DNA from: an uncultured Muribaculaceae bacterium
GTDB lineage: Bacteria; Bacillota_I; Bacilli_A; RF39; UBA660
Assembly: GCA_964443805.1 (NCBI GenBank)
Contig: CAYUEQ010000002.1
Location: forward strand, 1-35,957
Direction of reading: 5' to 3'
Length of the DNA stretch: 35,957 nt
Below, piece after piece: positions 1-7,317 of the stretch. The notes under the pieces were generated by a model. The model saw nothing but the letters and a program-made list of their open reading frames with translations. It was not told the origin of the DNA and ran no database searches. The position numbers and the translations under genes are program-made. Within the stretch, counting starts at the first letter, position 1, and each line of letters starts with the position of its first letter.

Positions 1-1665
1 TTTTATTCTTTCAGTACCAAATCTTCTCATTAAATCATCTTCAAAAGATACAAAGAATTGAGTTGTTCCCGGATCACCTTGACGTCCAGAACGACCTCTT
101 AATTGGTTATCTATACGACGAGACTCATGTCTTTCTGTTCCGATTACATATAATCCGCCTAGTTCTTTAACACCTTTACCTAATTTAATATCAGTTCCAC
201 GGCCTGCCATATTAGTTGCAATAGTTACTGAACCTTGTTCTCCAGCTTTAGCTACTATTTCTGCTTCTCGTGCATGGTTTTTGGCATTTAATACTTCATG
301 AGGTATCTTAGCTTTTTTAAGTAAATTACTTAAATGCTCATTGGCTTCTACAGATATAGTACCTACTAGTATTGGTTGTTTTTTTTCATGAACTAATTTT
401 ATTGTATTAACAATAGCTTGGTATTTACCTTTTTCAGTAGCATAAACTAAGTCCGCTAAGTCTTCTCTTATAATAGGTTTATTTGTAGGTATTTGAAAAA
501 CATACATATTATATATATTTCTAAACTCTTCTTCTTCTGTTTTAGCTGTACCGGTCATTCCTGATAATTTATTATACATTCTAAATAAGTTTTGAAATGT
601 AATAGTTGCCATAGTTTTAGTTTCTTCATTAATTGTAACATTTTCTTTTGCTTCTATCGCTTGATGTAATCCTTCACTAAATTGTCGACCATGCATTAAT
701 CTACCAGTAAATTGATCCACTATAATTATTGCATCATCTTCAACAACGTAGTCGACATCATTTTTCATTCCATAGTTAGCTTTTAATGATTGGTTTATAT
801 GATGAACTAATGCTGAGTTATCTATATCATATAAGTTATTTAAATTAAATATTTTATCAATTTTTTTACTACCTTCAGCTGTTAATGAAACACTTTTATG
901 TTTCAAATCAATAGTGTAATCTTCTTCTTCTTTTAATTTTTTCACTGCTCGATCAGCTTCTATATATAAATGCTTAGAATTCATCTTACCACCAGAAATA
1001 ATTAATGGAGTTCTAGCTTCATCAATTAAAATAGAATCAACCTCATCGATAATTACATAGTTGGGTTTTCTCATTACTCGATGTTCTTCTTTTACCACCA
1101 TATTATCTCTTAAATAATCAAAACCAATTTCATTATTTGTAGAATAAACAATATCACAATCGTATACTTCTTTTTTTTCAGTTGGTGTTAAATCTCTAAT
1201 ATTTAGTCCAACTGTAAGACCTAAATATCTAAATATATCCCCAACATAATGACCTTGATCACGTTCTGCTAAGAATTCATTTACCGTAACAATATGAACA
1301 CCTTCACCTGATAGTGCATTTAAATATGCTGGCATTGTTGCCATTAATGTTTTACCTTCACCAGTTTTAAGTTCTGCTATATTACCATAGTGTAGTGCAA
1401 GTCCTCCAAGTATTTGAACAAAATACGGTTTTTCTTTAACAACTCGATATGCAGTTTCTCTAACAACTGCAAAAGCTGGAATGACTAGTTCCTCTAAATC
1501 AGTTCCATTTTCTAACAGCTCTCTAAATTCTATTGTTTTATTTTTTAATTCTTTATCACTTAAAGCTTCCATCTCTGCTTCTAGTTCCATTATTTGATTA
1601 GCAAGCTTTTCAAATCTCTTCATTTCTTTATATTCTATATCAAACATTTTTTTCAAAAAATTCAT
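1..1665 (-). CDS. secA: Preprotein translocase ATPase SecA, N-terminal ~555 codons (3' part of the gene lies beyond the window start)
   Basis: Absent from the ORF track because it runs off the edge. My reverse-strand translation from the ATG at 1665-1663 gives [32 protein letters not shown]...[19 protein letters not shown]...[22 protein letters not shown]. The frame is still open at nt 1 (...[14 protein letters not shown]). These are the classic SecA motor motifs. The gene sits downstream of hpf, as in B. subtilis. Confidence 0.9.
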   Translation of the reverse strand, partial: MNFLKKMFDIEYKEMKRFEKLANQIMELEAEMEALSDKELKNKTIEFRELLENGTDLEELVIPAFAVVRETAYRVVKEKPYFVQILGGLALHYGNIAELKTGEGKTLMATMPAYLNALSGEGVHIVTVNEFLAERDQGHYVGDIFRYLGLTVGLNIRDLTPTEKKEVYDCDIVYSTNNEIGFDYLRDNMVVKEEHRVMRKPNYVIIDEVDSILIDEARTPLIISGGKMNSKHLYIEADRAVKKLKEEEDYTIDLKHKSVSLTAEGSKKIDKIFNLNNLYDIDNSALVHHINQSLKANYGMKNDVDYVVEDDAIIIVDQFTGRLMHGRQFSEGLHQAIEAKENVTINEETKTMATITFQNLFRMYNKLSGMTGTAKTEEEEFRNIYNMYVFQIPTNKPIIREDLADLVYATEKGKYQAIVNTIKLVHEKKQPILVGTISVEANEHLSNLLKKAKIPHEVLNAKNHAREAEIVAKAGEQGSVTIATNMAGRGTDIKLGKGVKELGGLYVIGTERHESRRIDNQLRGRSGRQGDPGTTQFFVSFEDDLMRRFGTERIK

Positions 1666-1702
1666 AGTCTTAATCACCTAATGGATATTGTATCATAAAA
1701 AT

Positions 1703-1720
1703 AAAGAGTTTTCACTCTTT
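1703..1720 (-). terminator. Intrinsic terminator-like hairpin after hpf
   Basis: Minus-strand RNA AAAGAGU-GAAA-ACUCUUU (7-bp stem, GNRA loop) followed by AUUUUUAU. It overlaps the hpf stop codon. Confidence 0.5.
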
Positions 1721-2249
1721 ATTTGACGTTGATTATTCCGTAGTTACCGTCTTTTCTGACATATATAACCGATACACATTCTTCATCTATATTTTTAAAT
1801 ACAAAGAAGTCATGTCCTAGTAAATCCATTTGTAAGATTGCTTCTTCTTCGTTCATAGGTTTACTTTCGATATTTTTTCTTCTTATAATTTTTCTTTTCA
1901 CTTCATCGGGTTCTTCTTCAAAATCAAAATTGAAGTCTACTACATCAGATGTTTTATATTTATTATTTAATTTAGTTTTATTTTTTCTAATTTGTCTTTC
2001 GACTTTGTCTACTGCTATATCAATTGCTGCATATAAATCTGTATGTGATTCCTCTGCTCTTATTGTAACTTTATGAATAGGTATAGTTATTTCTATAATT
2101 TGTTGATAATCTTTAACTCTCGCTTTTACATGAGCAGTTATGTTATCTGCATCTTCAAAGTATTTATCAATTTTAGATAATTTTTTTTCCACATACTCTC
2201 TAATAGGTTTAGTAATTTTAATTTTGTCTCCGTGAATGTTTATTTTCAT
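1719..2249 (-). CDS. hpf: Ribosome hibernation promoting factor, long form (YvyD/HPF)
   Basis: 176 aa. MKINIHGDKIKITKPIREYVEKKLSKIDKYF is a typical sigma-54-modulation/S30AE N-domain, and a C-terminal dimerisation domain is present (ILQMDLLGHDFFVFKN...VSVIYVRKDGNYGII). It lies directly upstream of secA. Confidence 0.9.
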   Translation of the reverse strand: MKINIHGDKIKITKPIREYVEKKLSKIDKYFEDADNITAHVKARVKDYQQIIEITIPIHKVTIRAEESHTDLYAAIDIAVDKVERQIRKNKTKLNNKYKTSDVVDFNFDFEEEPDEVKRKIIRRKNIESKPMNEEEAILQMDLLGHDFFVFKNIDEECVSVIYVRKDGNYGIINVK

Positions 2250-2329
2250 ATTTCATTCCTCCTTGTAAAAGTTATCTATATTATTTTAGATTACTTCTAT
2301 AAATAATTATATCATTTCTCAAAGAAAAA

Positions 2330-2347
2330 GACTACATTTTTGTAGTC
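2330..2347 (-). terminator. Intrinsic terminator after csp
   Basis: Minus-strand RNA GACUACA-AAAA-UGUAGUC followed by UUUUUCUUU. The stem overlaps the last codons and the stop of csp. Confidence 0.55.
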
Positions 2348-2577
2348 GGAATAGCATCATTAACATCAACAGCTTGCAATCCTTTATCTGTCTCTATTAA
2401 AACAAACTCAACTTGGCGACCTTCTTTTAACGTTTTATAACCTTCTTTTTCTACTGCTGAATAATGAACGAAAATATCATCAGAATTTTCACAAGATATA
2501 AAACCATATCCTTTTTCGTTATTAAACCATCTAACTTTTCCTCTTTTGCTATTACCTATTTTTTCTTTATGAGTCAT
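2332..2577 (-). CDS. Cold-shock domain protein (CspA family) with a ~12-aa N-terminal extension
   Basis: GKVRWFNNEKGYGFISCENSDDIFVHYSAVEKEGYKTLKEGRQVEFVLIETDKGLQAVDV carries the RNP1/RNP2-type motifs (KGYGFI, IFVHYS). An AGGTGGTGAG SD lies upstream of the ATG. Confidence 0.9.
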   Translation of the reverse strand: MTHKEKIGNSKRGKVRWFNNEKGYGFISCENSDDIFVHYSAVEKEGYKTLKEGRQVEFVLIETDKGLQAVDVNDAIPTTKM

Positions 2578-2655
2578 TTTTTCTTACTCACCACCTATTG
2601 TTTAATTTTTTACTACATGCCAATAATAACAAAACGTTTTTTTGGTTTCAACAAA

Positions 2656-2754
2656 ATTGTCTGAAATACCCAATAACTATAATAGAATGTTTTTTTAATA
2701 GTTTTATTAACCTTTTGTTTAATCTTAATACCTTTTTAAACGTTTTCAGACAAT
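2656..2754. promoter_or_regulatory. Pair of 11-nt inverted copies (ATTGTCTGAAA at 2656-2666, TTTCAGACAAT at 2744-2754) in the divergent csp/agrB control region
   Basis: Exact reverse complements. Read in the direction of each flanking gene, both copies are TTTCAGACAAT. They lie 27 nt (csp side, TATTAT at 2628-2623) and 30 nt (agrB side, TATAAT at 2785-2790) upstream of the best -10-like hexamers. TCAGACAAT fits 7 of 9 positions of the loose LytTR half-site consensus as I recall it. Confidence 0.3.
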
Positions 2755-2808
2755 ATCCGACAAATTACTATATTTGTTTGTTAATATAATGTTAAATAAG
2801 GAGCAGTA

Positions 2809-3432
2809 ATGAGAGATAAAGTATTGAATTTTGCAATTAAAATTATAAGAGATAAATATAACTATAATAATAGGAGAATAGCTGAGTTAAAATACGGCTT
2901 ACATTGTATGTATACTTTAATAACTAAATTTATTGTTATATCGGCTATAGCATTAATTTTAGGTATTTTAAAATCATATTTGATCTTTATATTTTTTTAT
3001 AATTGTTTAAGAATGCAAGGTGTTGGTTTTCATGCAAACACAAATTTGCAATGTTGGATTTTAAGTATAATTACATTTATAAGTTTTCCCTTATTGTCTT
3101 TATCAATTGAAGTAAATATAATTATACAGTTAATTATTTCTTTACTTTTTTCTTTGATTTTAATTCGTTATGCTCCTGCAGATACAGAAAAAAGGCCAAT
3201 TATAAACTCGAACATAAGAAAAAGAAAAAAAATAATGATGTTTTTTATATGTTTAGTTTATATTATTACAATGATGTTTAGTACGAGTCAATTTTTAAAT
3301 AATATTTTAATGTTTGCTTTAATTTGTGAAGCATTATTCATTAATCCATTCATATATAAGTTATTTAACCAAAAATATAATAATTACAAATATTATATTA
3401 TAAAAGAAAGTGGAAAGGAGGTATTAAATTGA
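2809..3432 (+). CDS. agrB: AgrB-family membrane endopeptidase (autoinducing-peptide maturation)
   Basis: 207 aa and polytopic. LRMQGVGFHANTNLQCWILS aligns with the AgrB catalytic His...(+7) Cys pair (H77/C84 in S. aureus). YAPADTEKRPI matches the conserved AgrB 'yaPvdt.nkPl' segment. An AAGGAG SD precedes the ATG. Confidence 0.85.
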   Translation: MRDKVLNFAIKIIRDKYNYNNRRIAELKYGLHCMYTLITKFIVISAIALILGILKSYLIFIFFYNCLRMQGVGFHANTNLQCWILSIITFISFPLLSLSIEVNIIIQLIISLLFSLILIRYAPADTEKRPIINSNIRKRKKIMMFFICLVYIITMMFSTSQFLNNILMFALICEALFINPFIYKLFNQKYNNYKYYIIKESGKEVLN

Positions 3433-3551
3433 TAGATATGTTAGCATCAATGTTAGTAACATTGGGCGATGTAGGAAAAGATAGTAATTCAACATTTTCA
3501 TTTAAAATATGGAATGAAGAACCAGAATGTCCTAAATCATTAATTAAATAA
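3429..3551 (+). CDS. agrD: AgrD-like autoinducing-peptide precursor (40 codons from TTG; 37 from the internal ATG at 3438)
   Basis: Not in the ORF track. My translation is (M)IDMLASMLVTLGDVGKDSNSTFSFKIWNEEPECPKSLIK*. GGAGG at 3417-3421 lies 7 nt before the TTG at 3429, which overlaps the agrB stop (TTGA). The peptide has a hydrophobic/amphipathic N-leader. The C-tail NEEPECPKSL resembles the conserved AgrD (D/E)E(V/P)E(V)PKEL recognition tail. It sits immediately 3' of agrB. Confidence 0.7.
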   Translation: MIDMLASMLVTLGDVGKDSNSTFSFKIWNEEPECPKSLIK

Positions 3552-3570
3552 AAGCGTTATAATAACGCTT
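3552..3570. terminator. Bidirectional terminator shared by the convergent agrBD and agrA-agrC units
   Basis: Perfect palindrome AAGCGTTAT-A-ATAACGCTT, flanked by A-rich sequence on the 5' side and TTTATTTTT on the 3' side. It lies between the agrD stop (3551) and the kinase stop (3571). Confidence 0.6.
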
Positions 3571-4851
3571 TTATTTTTGAGTTACAATAATAGTTGTAAA
3601 TAAATCATTAATAATTTCGCTTTTAATAATTATTTTATTTTTATTTATTAATTTATATAAAGAAAATATTCCTATTCCACTATTTCTTTTTTTAGTAGAG
3701 TAATCTTTTGTTCCTAAACATTCTAAATCAATATCATTTATAAAAGGATTGCTTATTCTTATGATAAGCTGGTTTTTTTCTTCCTCTATACATATATATA
3801 CAAACTTTTCTTTACAATCTTTAGCTGCTTCTAATGCATTATCTAATGTAATTGAAATAGCATCTGATAAGTTATCATATACAGACATATCTAGATTGTC
3901 TAAATAATCAGTTTTTAATGTCGTCTCTATATGACAAACTATGTCTAATTTTTTAGCTATTAACAATTTTAATTGTATTAGCCCTTGTAAATTATTTGGT
4001 ATTTCATCTATATTAGTAATCCATTCATATTCTTTGTTATATTTTTTTATCTTTTCTTTTATTAATTCTTTTACTTTATTATCTCCAATTACTTTAACAG
4101 ATAATAAGTCGTTGATAAGATTATGTTTTAAAATACGATAATCCTCTCTTACGTGTTCAAAATAGCTGTTTCTTTCAAGTAAAAAATTATATCTTTCTAA
4201 AAGTTTAGATTCTTTTATTGCGTTATATAAAATTGTTACAATAAATATAAAAATTATACAACAAGAAATAATGGAAATAATAAAAATATCCATTCTTGTA
4301 TAATCAATACTATAAATAATCAACATTAAAAAGACTAAGAAAAATAATACGAATAAGATAAAATTTAAATAATTGTTTTTTAATATATATTCATTTAAAA
4401 TTTTGCGATTAAAGTGTTTTTTATAAAACACAAAAATAATTAGAGTTAAATATAAAATTAATATTGAATACAAAGCTTGGCACTGTAGATTTAAATTTAA
4501 GATTTCTATACTATTTATACTTATCACTTTTAAACCTTGAATGACTATAAATTCCATTATAATTGCAAATAAAAATATTAATGTTGTATAAAATATTGAT
4601 GTTTTTAAATTACTTTTAAAAATACGCTTATTTAAAGTAATTGTTAAAAAATAACTTATTAAAAATCTATATATATTAGTCTTATTATAATAAAAATTTA
4701 TCATATCAAAAACTGCAATTAAAATTATTGTTAAAATTCCATCAATCTTTAAATTCATTTTTTTGTTAATACAAATTCCAAAACATTTAGTGTAAACTAT
4801 TTCAGATAAGATTATGAAAACAAACACATATAAAACTTCAATTAGATTCAT
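3571..4851 (-). CDS. agrC: AgrC-like (HPK10 family) membrane histidine kinase
   Basis: 426 aa. The N-terminal ~210 aa form multiple hydrophobic helices. H-box EDYRILKHNLINDL (compare AgrC RKFRHDY.N), N-box ITLDNALEAA, G-box KKRNSGIGIFSL. Overlaps the upstream LytTR regulator gene by 14 nt. Confidence 0.85.
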   Translation of the reverse strand: MNLIEVLYVFVFIILSEIVYTKCFGICINKKMNLKIDGILTIILIAVFDMINFYYNKTNIYRFLISYFLTITLNKRIFKSNLKTSIFYTTLIFLFAIIMEFIVIQGLKVISINSIEILNLNLQCQALYSILILYLTLIIFVFYKKHFNRKILNEYILKNNYLNFILFVLFFLVFLMLIIYSIDYTRMDIFIISIISCCIIFIFIVTILYNAIKESKLLERYNFLLERNSYFEHVREDYRILKHNLINDLLSVKVIGDNKVKELIKEKIKKYNKEYEWITNIDEIPNNLQGLIQLKLLIAKKLDIVCHIETTLKTDYLDNLDMSVYDNLSDAISITLDNALEAAKDCKEKFVYICIEEEKNQLIIRISNPFINDIDLECLGTKDYSTKKRNSGIGIFSLYKLINKNKIIIKSEIINDLFTTIIVTQK

Positions 4852-5557
4852 CTTTTACTACCTTAGTTTTATATTTTCTAGATAAAAAATCAACTACTTC
4901 TCCAGTATCTAAAATAAAATTCCCTGTTTTCCAATTATATTTAACTACTCTATTCTTGTTAACAATACAAGATCTATGACAAAATGAAAATCTAGAATCC
5001 AGTTTTTCCATAATATCAATTAAAGACATATTTATATAAAATTTGTTTGTAGTTGTTCTAATGATTAACTTTCTTTCGTTTTTATCTCGATAAATATATA
5101 GAATATCTTTTAAATATATTTGTAAATTGATACTTCTAGTGCTATATTTAAACATTTTATTGTCTTGTTTTGTCATAGCGATTAGTTTAATACTATCTGA
5201 TAATTGTTTATCCATTTCATTAAACTTTTCGATAAATGTAAAGATGTTATGAATTTTTCGATGAACGCTTTCAAACATTTTATCATGACTTGTAAGAAAA
5301 ATGATTTCACTATTCCAATCTTTTTTTCTTATGTGCTTTGCTATTTCTATACCGGAAATACTGTTTTTTAGTTCTATATCTAATATATATATAGTTTTTT
5401 TACTTAAATCGCTAATTCTTTTTTCTAGTTTTGAGTTATATGATGTATAAATTTCAATATTAACCTGCTCTAATATATTCGTTAAAGTTTTTCTAATAAT
5501 CTTTTTTATTTTATCTTGATAAAAAATTTCATCTTCAACAATGATAATATCTAACAC
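4838..5557 (-). CDS. agrA: LytTR-family response regulator (AgrA-like)
   Basis: Receiver domain VLDIIIVEDE...IYILDIEL (phospho-acceptor Asp present) plus a C-terminal LytTR domain (...FCHRSCIVNKNRV...). The track ORF extends to 5596. I prefer the GTG at 5557 because AAAGGTGA precedes it, regulators of this family start at 'M..IIIVEDE', and the 5596 ATG lies inside a good -10 element. Confidence 0.85.
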   Translation of the reverse strand: MLDIIIVEDEIFYQDKIKKIIRKTLTNILEQVNIEIYTSYNSKLEKRISDLSKKTIYILDIELKNSISGIEIAKHIRKKDWNSEIIFLTSHDKMFESVHRKIHNIFTFIEKFNEMDKQLSDSIKLIAMTKQDNKMFKYSTRSINLQIYLKDILYIYRDKNERKLIIRTTTNKFYINMSLIDIMEKLDSRFSFCHRSCIVNKNRVVKYNWKTGNFILDTGEVVDFLSRKYKTKVVKDESN

Positions 5558-5586
5558 AAAATCACCTTTTACCCAACAATAGCTAA

Positions 5587-5615
5587 AGTATAACATTAAT
5601 GGTAAAAATTGGCAA
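5587..5615 (-). promoter_or_regulatory. Candidate sigma-A promoter for agrA-agrC
   Basis: The minus strand reads TTGCCA-N17-TATACT (-35 at 5615-5610, -10 at 5592-5587), ~30 nt upstream of the GTG start. Confidence 0.35.
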
Positions 5616-5631
5616 TTGTTTAATAAAAAAA

Positions 5632-6279
5632 TTAAGTTATATAGTTTATTAATTGTGAGTTGTCTTCAAACTTAGATATTTTAATTTTTAATTTTTTTTC
5701 CAAAATATTACTTATTTTTTTAATTTCTTGTTTATTACCATATGCAATTATAAAAGGTTTTTTATCTTTTTTATTTAACACTAACTTTGATATTATGTCA
5801 GTAACTATTTTTAAATATTGTTTAGATGTTAAAAAAGTTGATTTTTTAACTCTTTTTTTGGTTTTTAATGTTTTTTGATAATAAAATATTTCTGTGTAAT
5901 CCGGGTTTATATTTAGTAATATTTTGTTTTCTTCATTAATTTTTTTTAAAATTTTGGTCTCTTTATATATTATTATTTTGTTAAAAGACATCGCTTTAAA
6001 CATATTAATTATCATTTGTTTTTCGAGTGGTGTTGTAAAAGAATTAACAATGACAGTTACATTATTATTAAATATAGAATTATTTAATTTATGTTTTTTA
6101 ATAATTTTATTCAATAAATTTAAAAAATGCTTATAACTATACACTTTACCGTTTACGACAGTTTTATATTTATTTTTTTCTTCATTAAAATAAATAGTGT
6201 CTTCTTTAATTAAATTATCGTTTTTTTTTATATATATTTTATCGTTTGTTATGTGCATCATTATATTCTTTTTAATCAT
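5632..6279 (-). CDS. Hypothetical protein, possibly a degenerate short actin-fold (MreB/Mbl-like) protein
   Basis: 215 aa. By-eye alignment: VTVIVNSFTTPLEKQMIINMFKAMSFNKIIIYKETKILKKI against MreB 'VVICVPSGVTeVERRAV.EAA..AGA.eVyLIEEPMAAAIG'. LLNINPDYTEIF sits where MreB has 'VVDIGGGTTEV', so the phosphate-binding glycines are lost. The gene lies directly downstream of spoIIID, where mbl lies in B. subtilis. Confidence 0.3.
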   Translation of the reverse strand: MIKKNIMMHITNDKIYIKKNDNLIKEDTIYFNEEKNKYKTVVNGKVYSYKHFLNLLNKIIKKHKLNNSIFNNNVTVIVNSFTTPLEKQMIINMFKAMSFNKIIIYKETKILKKINEENKILLNINPDYTEIFYYQKTLKTKKRVKKSTFLTSKQYLKIVTDIISKLVLNKKDKKPFIIAYGNKQEIKKISNILEKKLKIKISKFEDNSQLINYIT

Positions 6280-6291
6280 TTCATCACTTTC

Positions 6292-6543
6292 TTATTTTAA
6301 TTTATTATATTTTTTTCGTGTTGCTTCTCCACCTCGATGGTGTCTTATTTCTAAGTGCTCTTTTAAAATTTCACTTACTTCTCTATGTTTATTAATATCT
6401 ATTTCTTTTAATCTTTCTTTTAAGTCTTTATGAACAGTACTTTTACTTACATTAAATTTTTTTGCTATTTCTCTAATTGTTTTTTTAGTTTTAATCATAT
6501 AATTTGCTTCTAATAATGTTCTTTCTATGATATTTTTTTTCAT
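6292..6543 (-). CDS. spoIIID: Stage III sporulation transcriptional regulator SpoIIID
   Basis: 83 aa. IIERTLLEANYMIKTKKTIREIAKKFNVSKSTVHKDLKERL...HHRGGEATRKKY is a near-canonical SpoIIID HTH and basic tail. Confidence 0.9.
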   Translation of the reverse strand: MKKNIIERTLLEANYMIKTKKTIREIAKKFNVSKSTVHKDLKERLKEIDINKHREVSEILKEHLEIRHHRGGEATRKKYNKLK

Positions 6544-6551
6544 AATTCCAA

Positions 6552-6581
6552 CCCCTTAATATATTATATTTTATTAAGGGG
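6552..6581 (-). promoter_or_regulatory. Hairpin whose 3' arm contains the spoIIID Shine-Dalgarno
   Basis: 9-bp perfect stem CCCCTTAAT / ATTAAGGGG with a 12-nt loop. On the mRNA strand the 3' arm AUUAAGGGG ends 8 nt before the spoIIID AUG. No U-run follows, so it is not a typical terminator. Confidence 0.4.
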
Positions 6582-6617
6582 TATTAAGAACATTTGTTAG
6601 ATTATATGAAAAAAGGC

Positions 6618-7259
6618 TTATTCAGATAAGTCTTCTATTTTCATATTGTAAAATTCTATTGGATCTAATAATAATCCTTTATGATAAACTTCAAACAATA
6701 ATTGATTTTCACTAGTTGTGTCTATTTTGTTAGTACCACTTATACCGACTTTATCACCTTGATTAATTGCATTACCAACTTTTATATCGACATCTCCTAA
6801 GCTTTGATAGATAGTAGTTAAGTTTGTATTATGTTTAATTTCAACAATTTTTCCCAATAAATCATCTTCTTTTATATTAGACACTGTACCATCTAATACG
6901 GCAATAACATCAAATTGTTCTTGGTTTGAATATAGTACACCAGTACTTTGCATATAAGTGTTTTCATAATATATTATCGATTCTTGTTGTTGTTTTTCCT
7001 CAGCGTTTTTATTGTAGAAATTTTTAATAACTGTTATACCTTCATTTGTAAATGGTTTTATTATTTGCTTATCTTCTTCTACGTTTACAACTGGCACTGA
7101 TGGCTTATCAATTACATCGATCACTTCTTTTTCATTGTTATCAACACTAAATAACGAATTAAACGTTTTTCCTAATAGTATTATACTTAAAAACACAGCC
7201 GTTATTGATAAAGTGTAAATTGTTGGTACTACTATTTTTTTGAATTTTCTTTTGTCCAC
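6618..7259 (-). CDS. spoIIQ: SpoIIQ-like membrane protein with a degenerate LytM (M23) domain
   Basis: 213 aa with one N-terminal TM helix. The M23-like core is DGTVSNIKEDDLLGKIVEIKHNTNLTTIYQSLGDVDIKVGNAINQGDKVGISG...NQLLFEVYHKGLLLDP. The HxH motif is replaced by LLF and the upstream H.x.D His is missing. Position between spoIID and spoIIID. GTG start preceded by GGAAGGTGA. Confidence 0.7.
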   Translation of the reverse strand: MDKRKFKKIVVPTIYTLSITAVFLSIILLGKTFNSLFSVDNNEKEVIDVIDKPSVPVVNVEEDKQIIKPFTNEGITVIKNFYNKNAEEKQQQESIIYYENTYMQSTGVLYSNQEQFDVIAVLDGTVSNIKEDDLLGKIVEIKHNTNLTTIYQSLGDVDIKVGNAINQGDKVGISGTNKIDTTSENQLLFEVYHKGLLLDPIEFYNMKIEDLSE

Positions 7260-7295
7260 ATAATCACCTTCCTACTAAAAGTTTGAGCAAAAAAA

Positions 7296-7317
7296 AGAAA
7301 ATTATACTAAATTTTCT
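7296..7317 (-). terminator. Weak AT-rich terminator-like hairpin after spoIID
   Basis: Minus-strand RNA AGAAAAUU-UAGUAU-AAUUUUCU followed by UUUUUUUGC. The spoIID stop codon lies in the loop. The stem is almost all A-U. Confidence 0.35.

Noticed and set aside
2710-2736. 7-nt direct repeat ACCTTTT at 2710-2716 and 2730-2736 (20-nt period) upstream of agrB, as possible LytTR direct repeats
   Set aside because: It is too short and T-rich to be significant in this composition, and it does not resemble known LytTR half-sites. The 11-mer inverted pair is reported instead.
2464-2789. Track ORFs 2464-2664 (+) and 2598-2789 (+)
   Set aside because: Low-complexity F/I/L/N-rich translations. The first is antisense to the well-supported csp gene and the second lies in the csp/agrB promoter spacer. 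Neither has an SD. They are typical chance ORFs in AT-rich DNA.
5558-5596. N-terminal extension MLYFSYCWVKGDF of the LytTR regulator (track start 5596)
   Set aside because: The extension has no counterpart in response regulators. Its ATG sits inside a TATACT -10 element, and a GTG with a proper SD gives the canonical V/M-LDIIIVEDE start.
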